A stretch of 64,000 bases of DNA from Macrostomum lignano (Eukaryota). The position numbers and the translations under genes are program-made. Where the stretch lies: positions 1 through 64,000 of the forward strand of contig NIVC01000701.1 of the NCBI GenBank assembly GCA_002269645.1, read 5' to 3'. Positions 11,901 to 23,054 of the stretch are shown in pieces (the first letter of the stretch is position 1; every line of letters starts with the position of its first letter). The notes below the pieces were generated by a model that ran no database searches, was not told the DNA's origin, and saw nothing but the letters and a program-made list of their open reading frames with translations.

Positions 11901-13162
11901 GCCTGTGACAGATTTCCTTACCGAAGTTAGGAACGTGTCGACAGCAAATTTCAGCGTTGATTTCGTCTGCGAGGATGTGACTACAAGAAGAATCGGTACT
12001 GGCGCTTCTCCATTAACAGGGTGTCGCAGAGCTAGTATGTGGAGATAAGCTCCATGACCATCCACAAGAGGAGCTCCTGTAGAGTCCAGACCAATTTCAA
12101 TCGGCAAACTGCGGCGGTGTAGTATTTTGAGCAGAGTGATTGCCTGGTCGAAATACAGAACGGCAAAGCGCACATGGCCAAGTCCTGGCTCAACATTAAT
12201 ATGTCTCACAAAGGGGGGATCTAACTGTTCTCCTTGTACGATTATGTCCAAAATAGGATCGCAAAACAGCTTTTCTCTAAGTCGTTCTTGAGATGCTGCG
12301 GTCCTCAGAACGCTCGAAGACGGAACTTCAGGAGTTAGTCCCCCGGCAGCTAGTCTTGCTGAAACTAGATAGGCATTACTATCATCTACTCTTTTAGCCA
12401 AGTCTTTTCGCCGTTCACCTCTGAGAGGGCGTGGTTCTATAACATGCGGTACAATTGGTTGAAGTGGTTTCAGAATCCAAACAAGCCGATTCTCTTTTGA
12501 CTTTAGTTTGAACGAAGTCTTGCATGTTACAACACGGCAGTATAAATCTGCAGAAACCTCGCCAGTACTTATTGTAATTCTACTTCGCTGCATGCATAAA
12601 CAACAAGACAACATCGAGGAAAAGTTAGGCAGGACTTTATCCTGCCAGTTAGGGCACAACTGACCATTGTCGCCCAGCAAATCTGATTGCACTTTTACGG
12701 TGAAAATAGGCACATTTTCTCTACAATTGGATGTACAAGGCGTCGCCCTAAAACTCAACATTCGAGTAATTGCTATGAAAGAAAATGCACACATAAAACA
12801 GTACAAAATAGTAAGAGCTTACTCTTCAGGATCTTCATCTTCATCCGCTTCACACTCCTGATTGTCAGGGCCGACAGTGTGCAACTGAAATGCGTTTCTT
12901 CGAAACTGGTCGTATAGCCAACGTCTGTTAGAAAAAGTGTCCTCAAAACCAAGCAAACGGCACATTCTGGACCAAACAGTTTCAGCTGTTCTCGGGCCGG
13001 GTAGGGGCCCCTCAAGTTCTGATCGCAAAATGCTACCCGACGAAAATAAACGCCCAATCATTTCGGACGAAACAGTCGTCTTATCTGCAATGTGGAACGT
13101 GCAAATAAAAAAATCTAATAAAGTAAAAATAAAAACTATATGACTACATGTCGCGTACTCAT
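8961..13162 (-). CDS. Mutator/NOF-type DDE transposase fused to a USP (C19)-like cysteine protease; exons 13162-13159, 13084-12823, 12747-9412, 9177-8961; in-frame TAA at 9920-9918
   Basis: GT-AG introns are phase-compatible and exons total 3819 nt (1272 aa + stop). Transposase motifs: LDSTG (D 12086-12084), VTDF (D 11876-11874), GRSH (H 11726-11724), GTERC (E 11141-11139). Protease motifs: YNAC (C 10049-10047), CPYC and CVECSTC zinc ligands, PPPVLVI, TGHF (H 9143-9141), YIYDD, SLLIY. Confidence 0.82.
10310..10950 (-). repeat. In-frame GC-rich 21/24-bp minisatellite encoding a Pro/Ser/Gly linker (PPGSGSSR, PPDDSSM) between transposase and protease domains
   Basis: Repeats of ggcggcc(c/g)tgaactg and ggcattgaactgtcg; frame maintained throughout. 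Confidence 0.9.
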
Positions 13163-13210
13163 CCTTGGTGGTCGCAAAGCTTCGAATTATTAGGACAAGA
13201 ACAGTGAAAC

Positions 13211-13277
13211 GACAGTTATACGACAGCGACAGTTGTACGACAGTGACAGTTATACGACAGTGACAGATTACGACAGT
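13211..13277. repeat. Four 16-17-bp tandem repeats (gacagttatacgacagt) just upstream of the transposase start; possible promoter element
   Basis: Directly visible; lies ~50-115 nt 5' of the predicted ATG on the minus strand. Confidence 0.75.
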
Positions 13278-13353
13278 GAAACATCCAGGATCATACGGCG
13301 GCGAATCAAATCTTTCGATGCGTGACGACCTGAAAAAATCAATGAACAAATAA

Positions 13354-14335
13354 TTGATAAGCACACAAACACAGTCGAGTGTGCTACTGCGCTTTGGCAT
13401 GCAAACTGTTTCCAGATCGACACAAGCTTGATAAGCACACAAACACAGTCGAGTGTGCTACTGCGCTTTGGCATACAAACTGTTTCCAGATCGACACAAG
13501 CTTGATAAGCACACAAACACAGTCGAGTGTGCTACTGCGCTTTGGCATGCAAACTGTTTCCAGATCGACACAAGCTTGATAAGCACACAAACACAGTCGA
13601 GTGTGCTACTGCGCTTTGGCATGCAAACTGTTTCCAGATCGACACAAGCTTGATAAGCACACAAACACAGTCGAGTGTGCTACTGCGCTTTGGCATGCAA
13701 ACTGTTTCCAGATCGACACAAGCTTGATAAGCACACAAACACAGTCGAGTGTGCTACTGCGCTTTGGCATGCAAACTGTTTCCAGATCGACACAAGCTTG
13801 ATAAGCACACAAACACAGTCGAGTGTGCTACTGCGCTTTGGCATGCAAACTGTTTCCAGATCGACACAAGCTTGATAAGCACACAAACACAGTCGAGTGT
13901 GCTACTGCGCTTTGGCATGCAAACTGTTTCCAGATCGACACAAGCTTGATAAGCACACAAACACAGTCGAGTGTGCTACTGCGCTTTGGCATGCAAACTG
14001 TTTCCAAATCGACACAAGCTTGATAAGCACACAAACACAGTCGAGTGTGCTACTGCGCTTTGGCATGCAAACTGTTTCCAGATCGACACAAGCTTGATAA
14101 GCACACAAACACAGTCGAGTGTGCTACTGCGCTTTGGCATGCAAACTGTTTCCAGATCGACACAAGCTTGATAAGCACACAAACACAGTCAAGTGTGCTA
14201 CTGCGCTTTGGCATGCAAACTGTTTCCAGATCGACACAAGCTTGATAAGCACACAAACACAGTCGAGTGTGCTACTGCGCTTTGGCATGCAAACTGTTTC
14301 CAGATCGACACAAGCTTGATAAGCACACAAACACA
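13354..14335 (-). repeat. 74-bp tandem array, 13 full copies + 20-bp partial (inner part of right TIR)
   Basis: Exact reverse complement of the left-arm unit; 13374-14335 = 13 x 74. Confidence 0.98.
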
Positions 14336-14743
14336 GTTGGAGAATTTCAACAAGGATAATTGGAAAAAATATCCCTTTGTTAGTTGTGTTTTATCGAGGG
14401 CTCATTGAATTTTTTTATTTTTCAAATAATATTAAATTATTTCAAATGTTTCCATGTTTCGCATAAATATACAATTAATGAGAAATTGTATATAACAGAC
14501 TGAGCTGAATACTGCAATTGCCAATTATTATAGTTCTATATTTCTAAATTATAATGAGAATAATAAATCTGTTTTTAAAAAGTATAAACTTTTTTGGTAA
14601 GTCATCAAAACGAAATTAGATCTATGTAGGACTGGAATAATTCGAAAAAATAATAGAGAGCACAGCACACAATCTAGATAATTTTATTTACTTTGAATAG
14701 CTACGAGCTAAGTGTATTCAACAATATGAATTTAGAAAAAACA
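14336..14743 (-). repeat. Right TIR, unique outer segment (may extend further right)
   Basis: Reverse complement of 1-408. Confidence 0.95.
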
Positions 14744-16482
14744 AACAATTATATAATATCTTTGTATGCCATCTTTTGTGACTTGTCTGCAGCTGATTAG
14801 GAAAATATTGCTAGCATATTACTAAGGCAGAATATTTTAGCACTCTATAAAATTTTGGAGTCTTTGGTACCATGCCACGATACTAAATGAGTAGCTACAA
14901 AGTGAATCACTTTTAACTTTCAAAAATCCAAAAGTCAATCTGAATATTCTCTTTAAAGTGTACACTAGACTAAAGAGGCTTATACTAGACTAGACTAGAC
15001 TAGACTAAAGATTATTATCTTAATTGTGTCGTGTGTTAATGTGTTACAAAGTGGATTGAGTGTAACACAAAATATGAATCATAATACTGCTAGCTAGACC
15101 TAGAAACACGTATCAAGCAATGTTTGTTACTCGATATTGTACAGTCAATAACTAAGTGGCCAATTAGCCTACTGTTAATGTCACAGCCCATAGCTCAAAT
15201 GAAAGCACGTGCAGTAATTCTAAAGTTACGTTATCATTCAATTGCAAGTTAAATTTTAGCACTTCTTCAATTATCCTTTAATAAGAGCAATAATATATAA
15301 CTACTTGATTTATTAGTTTTATAAAACAAATTTTTAACTGAGCTAAAGATAAAAACATTAAAGTACTTTCTGTTTCTTTATTAAATTATAGCTATGTTGT
15401 TATAAATAAAAACAAAAAATTGTAACACCGGGATACTTCTATGGTTCAAACAAAAAACTTTATATCCTTGCAAAAGAAGCTGTCGCAAATGTGCCAGTTT
15501 CTCAATTATACTCTTTGGACATCTGGCAATTGAAAAAGCCAGCTGTCGCAATGTACAGCTCTGAAAAAGTCGAGTGTCGCAAGCGAAATAAAAAATTCGA
15601 CATTTTTTTAAGTTTTAAAGTCCTCTGCTGACCGAACCATTGAACTTCCAGTTGTGAGAATTTGTCCTTGGTTACAGGACTTGATGGACTATAAGAATCA
15701 GCAACTGTCGCAAGAATTGCCCAAAGCTTAAAATTCCTAAGCCCAAAAAACAAGCCATCCGCACGCTATCCGCACGTAACTAATTTTTAACGCCTCCCCA
15801 CAGACAAGCCAAGTACATGGAATGCTTTGAACCTTCTGTTGCATAAATAAAGTGTCTAAATCTTTGCAAAATATCCAGATTTATAGCTGTCGCAAACATT
15901 TAAATTTTTTATGAGGATGGCATGCGGCTAGATTTACGGGAGTCCTCACTTTGCACAATTTTTCACTTTCTTCTTGGCTATTGCCATCCAATAATCAAAA
16001 TTTTAAAGCACTAATATCTCTCTAGTTTAGGAGACAAAAAGTTATACTTTACAAATTGGTTCTGGTTCTAGAACCAGAACAAGCAATATGAAGAGCCTCA
16101 TAGAAGATACGAGAAAACTGATCGGGTAGCTTTCATTCGTTGAACCCTCGCACACCGCTCCCCCCACTTCATTCCTCAACTCAAGTCTGACGCGGCGTAG
16201 CTATAAAGTTGCGTCACTCGCAAAGATTGAGAGACTTCACCGGCCTGCACTTCTCAAAGGGTGCCACCGAATTCGTCAACTCTGTATTTATAGGCCACCC
16301 TCAATGGGTATGTGGAAATATAATAGTTCATGTTGTTCTCAATCTCATTCCTCTACAGTTTTATCTAATGTGCCTAAGCCTAAGTGCTTTCAGGTGCGGA
16401 TCCAGAAAATTTTGAACGGGGGGCACAGACTTCTAAAGGTACACATATATATTGTACAATATAAAGCTACCCGATTGTATAT

Positions 16483-16523
<41 letters not shown>
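16483..16523. repeat. Compound (TA)n(TG)n microsatellite
   Basis: Directly visible. Confidence 0.9.
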
Positions 16524-16525
<2 letters not shown>

Positions 16526-17629
16526 TTTCCATATAAAAATATAAAAAAATCAAACTTAACGGGGGCGCGACTGTGCGCCCCCCCCTAAATCCGCTAGTCG
16601 CTACGAGTGCTTAATTTGGTGTTTTGCCCTTTTACTTTTAATTGGCGTCTCTGATCGACATTCCGAGTCTGCCAGACAGTCTGATGCTGCCGCCGGATGT
16701 GCCATTGCCGGCAGCAAAGAGTTTCAGCCTGGCAGGAGTCACCACAGCCGACATTGATACTCGTATTTCCGCATTGATTATACATGTATATTCCGGAAAT
16801 ATATCATTCTTGCACGCTTCAATCAAACAAACACTGCTTAAGAAACGGCCCATTCTCTGCCCGATATCGGGCTGGGCCATAGACGAAGCTGAAACAATTA
16901 TTTAAAACGTTAAAAGTGCAACATTACAAAGAGGACAACAGTAACGATCTAATAGTCTTGTGGTGCAACCCACACCGTCTTTACAGTACATAGGGTAGTG
17001 CAATGCCCAAGTGGCGTTCAGAGGTACTCACTTATAGGAAAAATAGAACACGGGATCCATTATTCTCTAGCACTGCAGTCGGCCGAACTCCATTAAAGTC
17101 CCTTTGTTCGCAGTCAACAAGCAGATACTTTTAGGTGGCCACGCTCAACGCTAAAACCAGGCGATTGAAGTGGGACGTCGCTCGTGACTCGTTTAACGAT
17201 TGGACCAGCGGTGAAGAATCCATTGTCAGAGCATCGGACAGTTGACGCTTCTTCCCTGGCGAGATCCCTGTCATTCTCCACATCCAAAAATGGCGCTCAC
17301 TTCATCACTTGTTAGCTCCCGGAGTTATTGTTGCTTCTCGCTTCAGCAGAAAGATCGTTTACTAAAGCATCCAACAGGCCGTTGTGAGCCTTGCTGAATC
17401 CAATTCCAGGCACAGGCAAGCCTGTGTACTGATTGAACATTCGCCCACGGCCACGGAGTTGGCATACAAAGTCGATTTCTTCACGCTGCAACCCAGAAAT
17501 ATCGCCACCTTCTATACAGGGAGTACTATCATGTTCTCAGAACGCTCGGGTCAGGAGTTAATTATTTAATTTTAATAAAAAGTTGGACTAATTATTACAG
17601 TTTGGATTTTGTGCCACCCTACTCTCTTA

Positions 17630-17735
17630 TCATGGATAAATCATCTATGATCCATGATCCATTGATAAATCATGCATGTTCATGGTATTTTCATGCATGG
17701 ATTTTTAAAACTTTCCATGGTAAAATCATCCATGT
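17630..17735. repeat. Left subterminal CATG/CCATGG-type short repeats of the CACTA element
   Basis: Multiple catgga/ccatg motifs in both orientations, mirrored at 24130-24262. Confidence 0.75.
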
Positions 17736-18798
17736 CAGGGAGTTCATACGGGAAAATAAATAACTAAGCTTATAAAAAATTTCAGGCTATTTTATGTATA
17801 TCTAATAAAGTTTTAAATATATTTAATAAAAGCGAAATTGTAAATACAAAAAATAGTTTAATAAATTTGTTAAAATCTTCACCTACAAATTGCTTTGAAT
17901 ATATTACCAGCAATTTTGTTGGCCATTTTGTTTCGGTTTAGTTAATTACGGACTTAACTTCCCATAAACATAAATTACTAGGCCTATTTTTCCTTTCTAA
18001 GAGGACTCTGTCACTCTTGCATGTTGTCATCATTTCATTATGTGTCACTATGTGCTATGTTTATGTTTATGTTTTTTCTTAGCTATATACTTCCAGTTCC
18101 ACTTTTGGTAGCTAGTTTTAAAATTCGGTGGCTTGTAAGGTTTTTTGACATGCTAATTTTGATCTTCACTCCTTCAGTGAAAATTGTATTTGTAGATATA
18201 TTAGAAAATAGAAACCCTATTATATATTATATTTGGGATGCAAAGATAACCTATAGGGGTTAGATGTATATTTTTGAATGATATTTTGCTGCATTTTTAT
18301 AATGATAGGTTGGCCTAACCAAAGCCAAAGGCCTAGTCTAAAGTGGCATCCTAGACCTAGGCCATAGCCTAATGATAAAAATCACATGGTAGGCTGACAG
18401 TTTCAAAATAATAAAAAATAATAGTATATTATGGTAATTGGTACTTAATTTCGAGACCTTTCATGTCCTTTGTATCTAATATACAGTCTATAATCAAAAC
18501 TAGACTAGACTAGGCCCAATTAGGCCTAATATTGTCTACTTTGTATCAGAAAATCCACAATGGCACAACTTTATAATTATAGGCCTATATATAGGGCCTA
18601 GGCCTTATATTATAATTTTTATTTAAAATCATAGGGGCCTAGGGTCCCTACATTAAATTTTTTTTATATACAATTCTAATTGGTTTGTCATTGGCCTCTT
18701 GATTGATTCTTCAAACCTTATCTCCTTGTGAAACTTTTTCAGAACAAATTGTTATGGATGATATTGGATTAAGTGCATCTAATTCTAGGCCTCTTTGA

Positions 18799-20704
18799 AA
18801 GCAGACAAAAAGTACTTCTAAATTTGGAAATGACAATTCAGCATTGTTTTTCTGCTTTATTCTTCACAATGTTGGCCATGATGAGCAATATGTGACCATT
18901 GCATTTGGGTCTCCCTATTGGCCAAGTACAATAACTAATGATGAAAAGTTGGAACTTGCACAAGTAAGATTTTAAGTTGGATTTATATGCATAATATTTT
19001 GTTATTGAGTACATGGTTTCTAAAACAAATTATTCCAACTACAAATGTAATATTACTTTATTAAATTATATTTTAGGGGACTAAAGTCTTTTTACGCATG
19101 TATGGCAAACTATTTTCTGCTACACTTGTGGCAAAAGGTAGTGAAAGGCAAATGGCTTCAACTATGAACCAACTTTCCAACTTGGTTAGTGAGGCTGAAA
19201 ATACTGATTCATTGATTAGCCAAGCTATTGAGCTTTTTGCAATGAAAGATCCCCAAGCTGGCATTGCAAATGTAAGGACAATAAGGTCATCTAGTTCAAA
19301 GCAGGTTGCTTCAAGTTCTAGTTGTCATCAGCATGGACTACTTGACGAGCTTTATGAAGTGGATAGTGAAAGTGGCGAACCAAATTTGGCGATACCAGCT
19401 ACTCAATCAATGGGTAAAACTGCAATATATATGAACTATTAATTGTTTGCAATTTGTTTTTTTTGTTGTATTATTTGATTAATTATTATTTTTTAGAAAA
19501 AGCCATTTCTGCATTTGAGAGAGAGGCATCTTTGGTTGAAAATGAGCAAGCTCGTGCCACAGGCCTCTTGGAATCAAGTTTGTATATTCTATTACACCTA
19601 ATTGAAAACCAAATACCAAATGAGTCAATATTTTTGTAGCAATAAGCCTTTTTTATCACTAGGTGCAATTCAAGAAGTGCAACCCCTCCGAGGGGTACAG
19701 ATAGTAAACAGTGAATCGGATGCAACAATGAAAGGTATAATTTTATTTTTTTAATATGATACAATCACATTATTAAAAATCAAAATCACCATATTTTTAT
19801 ATATGAGCATATATCTTACTCTAGATCTAAAACTGTTCATTCAATCCGAGTTGCTTTCTCTTGAGAAGCGTCTTGCTGCAAGGATATGCCGACTTTTAAA
19901 AAAGGATGACAACTTTGGTGGAATGCTAACAATTAAAGAATACCAAAATGAGGTATGTCAGTTTTTTCTTAGCATCAGCAGCATCACGTCTGTAGTATAA
20001 AAGTTCTACTATATAATAACATTTTTTAGGAATTTAGGTGCATTGATGGTTCCCTAGCTGAGCTGTCTTCAATTCTTTGCAACGATCCTAAGGTGTTCCT
20101 CCGAAGGTATATCAAGCTGCGATTTGGCGAAGGCTACTTGCTTGAGCATATAATCGATTCATCCTGTGGTGCTCGCAGTTCCCGAAGGCCTGCTCCATCT
20201 GAGCATGTGACAGAGTTTCAACGTAAATATATATATATAATTTTTTCACAGTTTTGTGCAATTTTTTTATTATAAAGCAATTTAGGCTAATTAATGCTAA
20301 ATGATCTGAATCCAATACTTGGGATATTTTCTAAAAAAACACATTTAGGTCTGAGATAAAAGAAATTGAGGAAAAATAGTTCTAAAGTTCAATACATCCC
20401 ATTGACCTATTTAATGATTAGCATCATAAATCAACTTCCTTTTAAATTTAGCCTATTTCTACTATAAACACAGTACACAATGTCTATTGTAAAAATATTT
20501 TACTATACTCGTGAATTTTCAGGTTTGCTTCAATTGTGCTATCGAACATCTGGCTACGACTTCCACGAAATCTGGAAGTCTGTACGAGACCATCTCAATC
20601 AGCTGGCCAGGGAGGAGACACGGGCGAGAAAGCGAACTTCAACTGCTGCTTCTGGACCCGAGTCAGGGGATTCCATTTCCCGCTCAAGGCGAATGGGACC
20701 GTGA
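18799..20704 (+). CDS. CACTA accessory gene (TnpA-like position) with BEN-like C-terminus; exons ~18799-18963, 19077-19413, 19497-~19578, 19663-19734, 19825-19952, 20030-20222, 20523-20704; start codon unresolved
   Basis: All six GT-AG introns are phase-compatible and join open frames. The C-terminus KVFLRRYIKLRFGEGYLLEH...RRPAPSEHVTEFQRLLQLCY...EIWKSVRDHLNQLAREETRARKR resembles the BEN-domain helical pattern. Confidence 0.72.
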
Positions 20705-20753
20705 ATTGCGGAAAAAATTCTAGTAACTTTTGAATATTTGAATTGCTATTTTT

Positions 20754-23054
20754 ATGTCTAGTAAATCAGAATCTGAGCACTCTCTTTCTACTAATTACTC
20801 AGCCTACTCTTGTCAGGCGATTTCTTCTCCCTCAAATAGTTTTTCTACAAGTAATAGGAGTTCAATTTCAAGCGAAGCCGGTGTAACGCACTCGCACAGC
20901 TGTCCTGACGCTGTGGAAACTTTTATTGGTGAAAACAATGCTGTGCCTGTGCTTGAGGAGAGTTCAGATAGCTTAGCGAATTTGGCTTCCATCTCAGATC
21001 CCAGTGTGCAGGCGGCTCTGATTTTTCAGTGGGCAATTACTTCCGGAGTTTCAGAGGCTGCTCTTGATAGACTCCTGAAGCTACTTTCTATTTTTAGTAG
21101 AGATTCTCTAGCTCTTCCAAATAGCGTCAAGTTGCTCAAATCATTGATTCAAGATACTTGCCCTCTTGATGATAGTGACGTGTCTGAATTTGGCTTTTGC
21201 CCAGAATGCAAAAGCCAGTGTCAGGTTCATTCCCCAAAGTCAAAGGTTGCTGTGACACAGCTCAATATTGTTCCACAGCTGCGGACTATCTTAAGCAGCC
21301 ACACTTCAACTATTCTGCAGTATGAGCAAGAATTGCAAAAGGATAAAAACACAGACGTTTTGAATTCCAAAATAGTTAAAGAACAAGGCTTAAGCCTATC
21401 TTCTGGCAAGTCGCTTCACTTGCATCTTCTAATCTCAGCTGATGGCGCCAATTTTTTTGAATCTGTTCAGAGTAGCTTTTGGCCATTTCAGGCTCAACTT
21501 CTAAACCTTCCTGTTTACATCCGTCAACGCTTTGCAAATTTAATTCTAATTGCTCTTGTTTCATCGAAGGCAGTCCCGCATTTCCAGTCTTTTCTGTCTG
21601 AAATTATGAACAATTTGCCAAAACAGTTTATATTCTCGGAATACACCGTTCATGTCCATTACACACTCTTTGTTTGTGACTTGCCCGCTCTTGCTAAGCT
21701 CTTCTGCATTCACCAGTACAATGGTGCGTTTAGCTGTCCTAGGTGCTTGCACCCAGGTGAGAGCTTTAAAGTATCCGAGAAAGGTAAAAACTGGATCTTC
21801 CGCTATGGTGAAGGCTACTTGTTTCCTTTGAGAAACCCATCTTCCCATCTTGAACACTGTCGGCTCGCACAAATTCGAAATCGGCCTGTTTTTGGCGTAA
21901 AGATGCGCAGTTGCTTGTTAGACTATGTTCCGTTTCCCAGCTGCAATCCTATTGACAGTTTACACTGCTTTTTCGAAGGCCACACCAAGTATCTACTAGA
22001 AGAGCTGTCATTACCTGCAAACAGGCGCGAGTTGTATTTTTGCTCAGCTAATTGCATGGATTTCATATCTAATTGTATTCGTCAATCTATAACTCCTTCT
22101 AGCATCACAATCAACACAAATTTTAAAGGCTTTTCAGATTGGAAAGCAAAGCATTTTAAAAACTTTGCGCTATACTTTCTTCTTCCTACGTTTTTGCAGA
22201 GAATTTCGCATTTTCCATTGAAACTGCTGTTAACTAATTTAGTTCTTATTTATCACATGTTGTATAGCCCCCAATCAAATAAGACTGATATCGAAAAGCT
22301 ATGCAAAGCTTTTATCTCCAATGCTCAGCAAATATTCGGACCGAAAGTACTCCGCCTTAATTTCCACCTGCTTTTGCATATGGCTGAACAGTACGAATTG
22401 TACGGACCTGTATTTAATTATTCTATGTTCGCATTTGAGAGCTCCATTGGCATGTTCAAAAAGTTCTTATGCGGAACTGTGTCATTTGGCCCACAGCTTG
22501 TTCGCAAGTTTTTGTTTCAAAAGTTGCTACATCACTACTTTTCTTGTGTTAAGGACTCTATTGTAGTGGATGCAGTTAACTCTATATCTTTAGAGCCATC
22601 CAGGCCACATGGTATTCTTCGAAACTCACTTGCTTATTTTAATGGACATTTTTTCTCGACAAGCTCAGCTTGTGCGTCGAAAAATTCTAACCATCTTTGC
22701 CAATTGAAGTCCGGCGAAATCTGCACTATTGCAGAGTTCCTCGAGCCTAATACTATTCGAGTGCAAATTTTGGATCCCATTGGTTCGCTGTTTGATTTTG
22801 TTTTACGAGTACCAGCAGCAACTTTCCCCATCGATTTACTTAATTGGAAAGCATTGCTGGAATCCATGTTCAAAAAGTCTTCGACATTCAATTTTGTATT
22901 GATATCCCTGTCTAATGCGCCCAGATCGGCCAGACGCGAACGTATAGTTAATTTTTCAGAGGTCGATCGACCCTGCATCGCTGTTCCAGTAGAATCGTTC
23001 AGCAAAGACTGTTATTGCGCTGTGCCATTGTTCAAAGAGTTTGAACATGATTAA
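20754..23054 (+). CDS. EnSpm/CACTA-type DDE transposase (TnpD/Tnp2-like), 766 aa
   Basis: Motifs ISADG (D), SFWP, LFVCDLPA (D), YNGAFSCPRCLHPG, PIDSLHC, WKAKHF, NFHLLLH, GPVFNYSMFAFES (E). AATAAA at 23125-23130. Confidence 0.92.
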   Translation: MSSKSESEHSLSTNYSAYSCQAISSPSNSFSTSNRSSISSEAGVTHSHSCPDAVETFIGENNAVPVLEESSDSLANLASISDPSVQAALIFQWAITSGVSEAALDRLLKLLSIFSRDSLALPNSVKLLKSLIQDTCPLDDSDVSEFGFCPECKSQCQVHSPKSKVAVTQLNIVPQLRTILSSHTSTILQYEQELQKDKNTDVLNSKIVKEQGLSLSSGKSLHLHLLISADGANFFESVQSSFWPFQAQLLNLPVYIRQRFANLILIALVSSKAVPHFQSFLSEIMNNLPKQFIFSEYTVHVHYTLFVCDLPALAKLFCIHQYNGAFSCPRCLHPGESFKVSEKGKNWIFRYGEGYLFPLRNPSSHLEHCRLAQIRNRPVFGVKMRSCLLDYVPFPSCNPIDSLHCFFEGHTKYLLEELSLPANRRELYFCSANCMDFISNCIRQSITPSSITINTNFKGFSDWKAKHFKNFALYFLLPTFLQRISHFPLKLLLTNLVLIYHMLYSPQSNKTDIEKLCKAFISNAQQIFGPKVLRLNFHLLLHMAEQYELYGPVFNYSMFAFESSIGMFKKFLCGTVSFGPQLVRKFLFQKLLHHYFSCVKDSIVVDAVNSISLEPSRPHGILRNSLAYFNGHFFSTSSACASKNSNHLCQLKSGEICTIAEFLEPNTIRVQILDPIGSLFDFVLRVPAATFPIDLLNWKALLESMFKKSSTFNFVLISLSNAPRSARRERIVNFSEVDRPCIAVPVESFSKDCYCAVPLFKEFEHD

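Larger units (their letters stand above)
1..14743. mobile_element. Foldback-type Mutator-like DNA transposon (FB-NOF / Rehavkus-like); left end truncated by window start
   Basis: 1-408 is the reverse complement of 14336-14743 apart from a few 1-2 nt indels. Both arms continue into the same 74-bp array in opposite orientation. The interior encodes a NOF/MULE-type DDE transposase. True termini and TSD are not visible because the match runs off position 1. Confidence 0.88.

Noticed and set aside
15335-15344. TGAGCT as the true right terminus (resembles the AGCTCA start of Drosophila FB, as I recall it)
   Set aside because: Only a 6-bp match, and it cannot be tested without the left end.
16392-16596. 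hAT-like MITE (GCGGATCCAG ... CTAAATCCGC)
   Set aside because: Terminal match is short and imperfect and no TSD was found.
16638-17569. Short ORFs left of the CACTA insertion
   Set aside because: No recognisable motifs, and no coherent splice model could be built with sequence right of the insertion.
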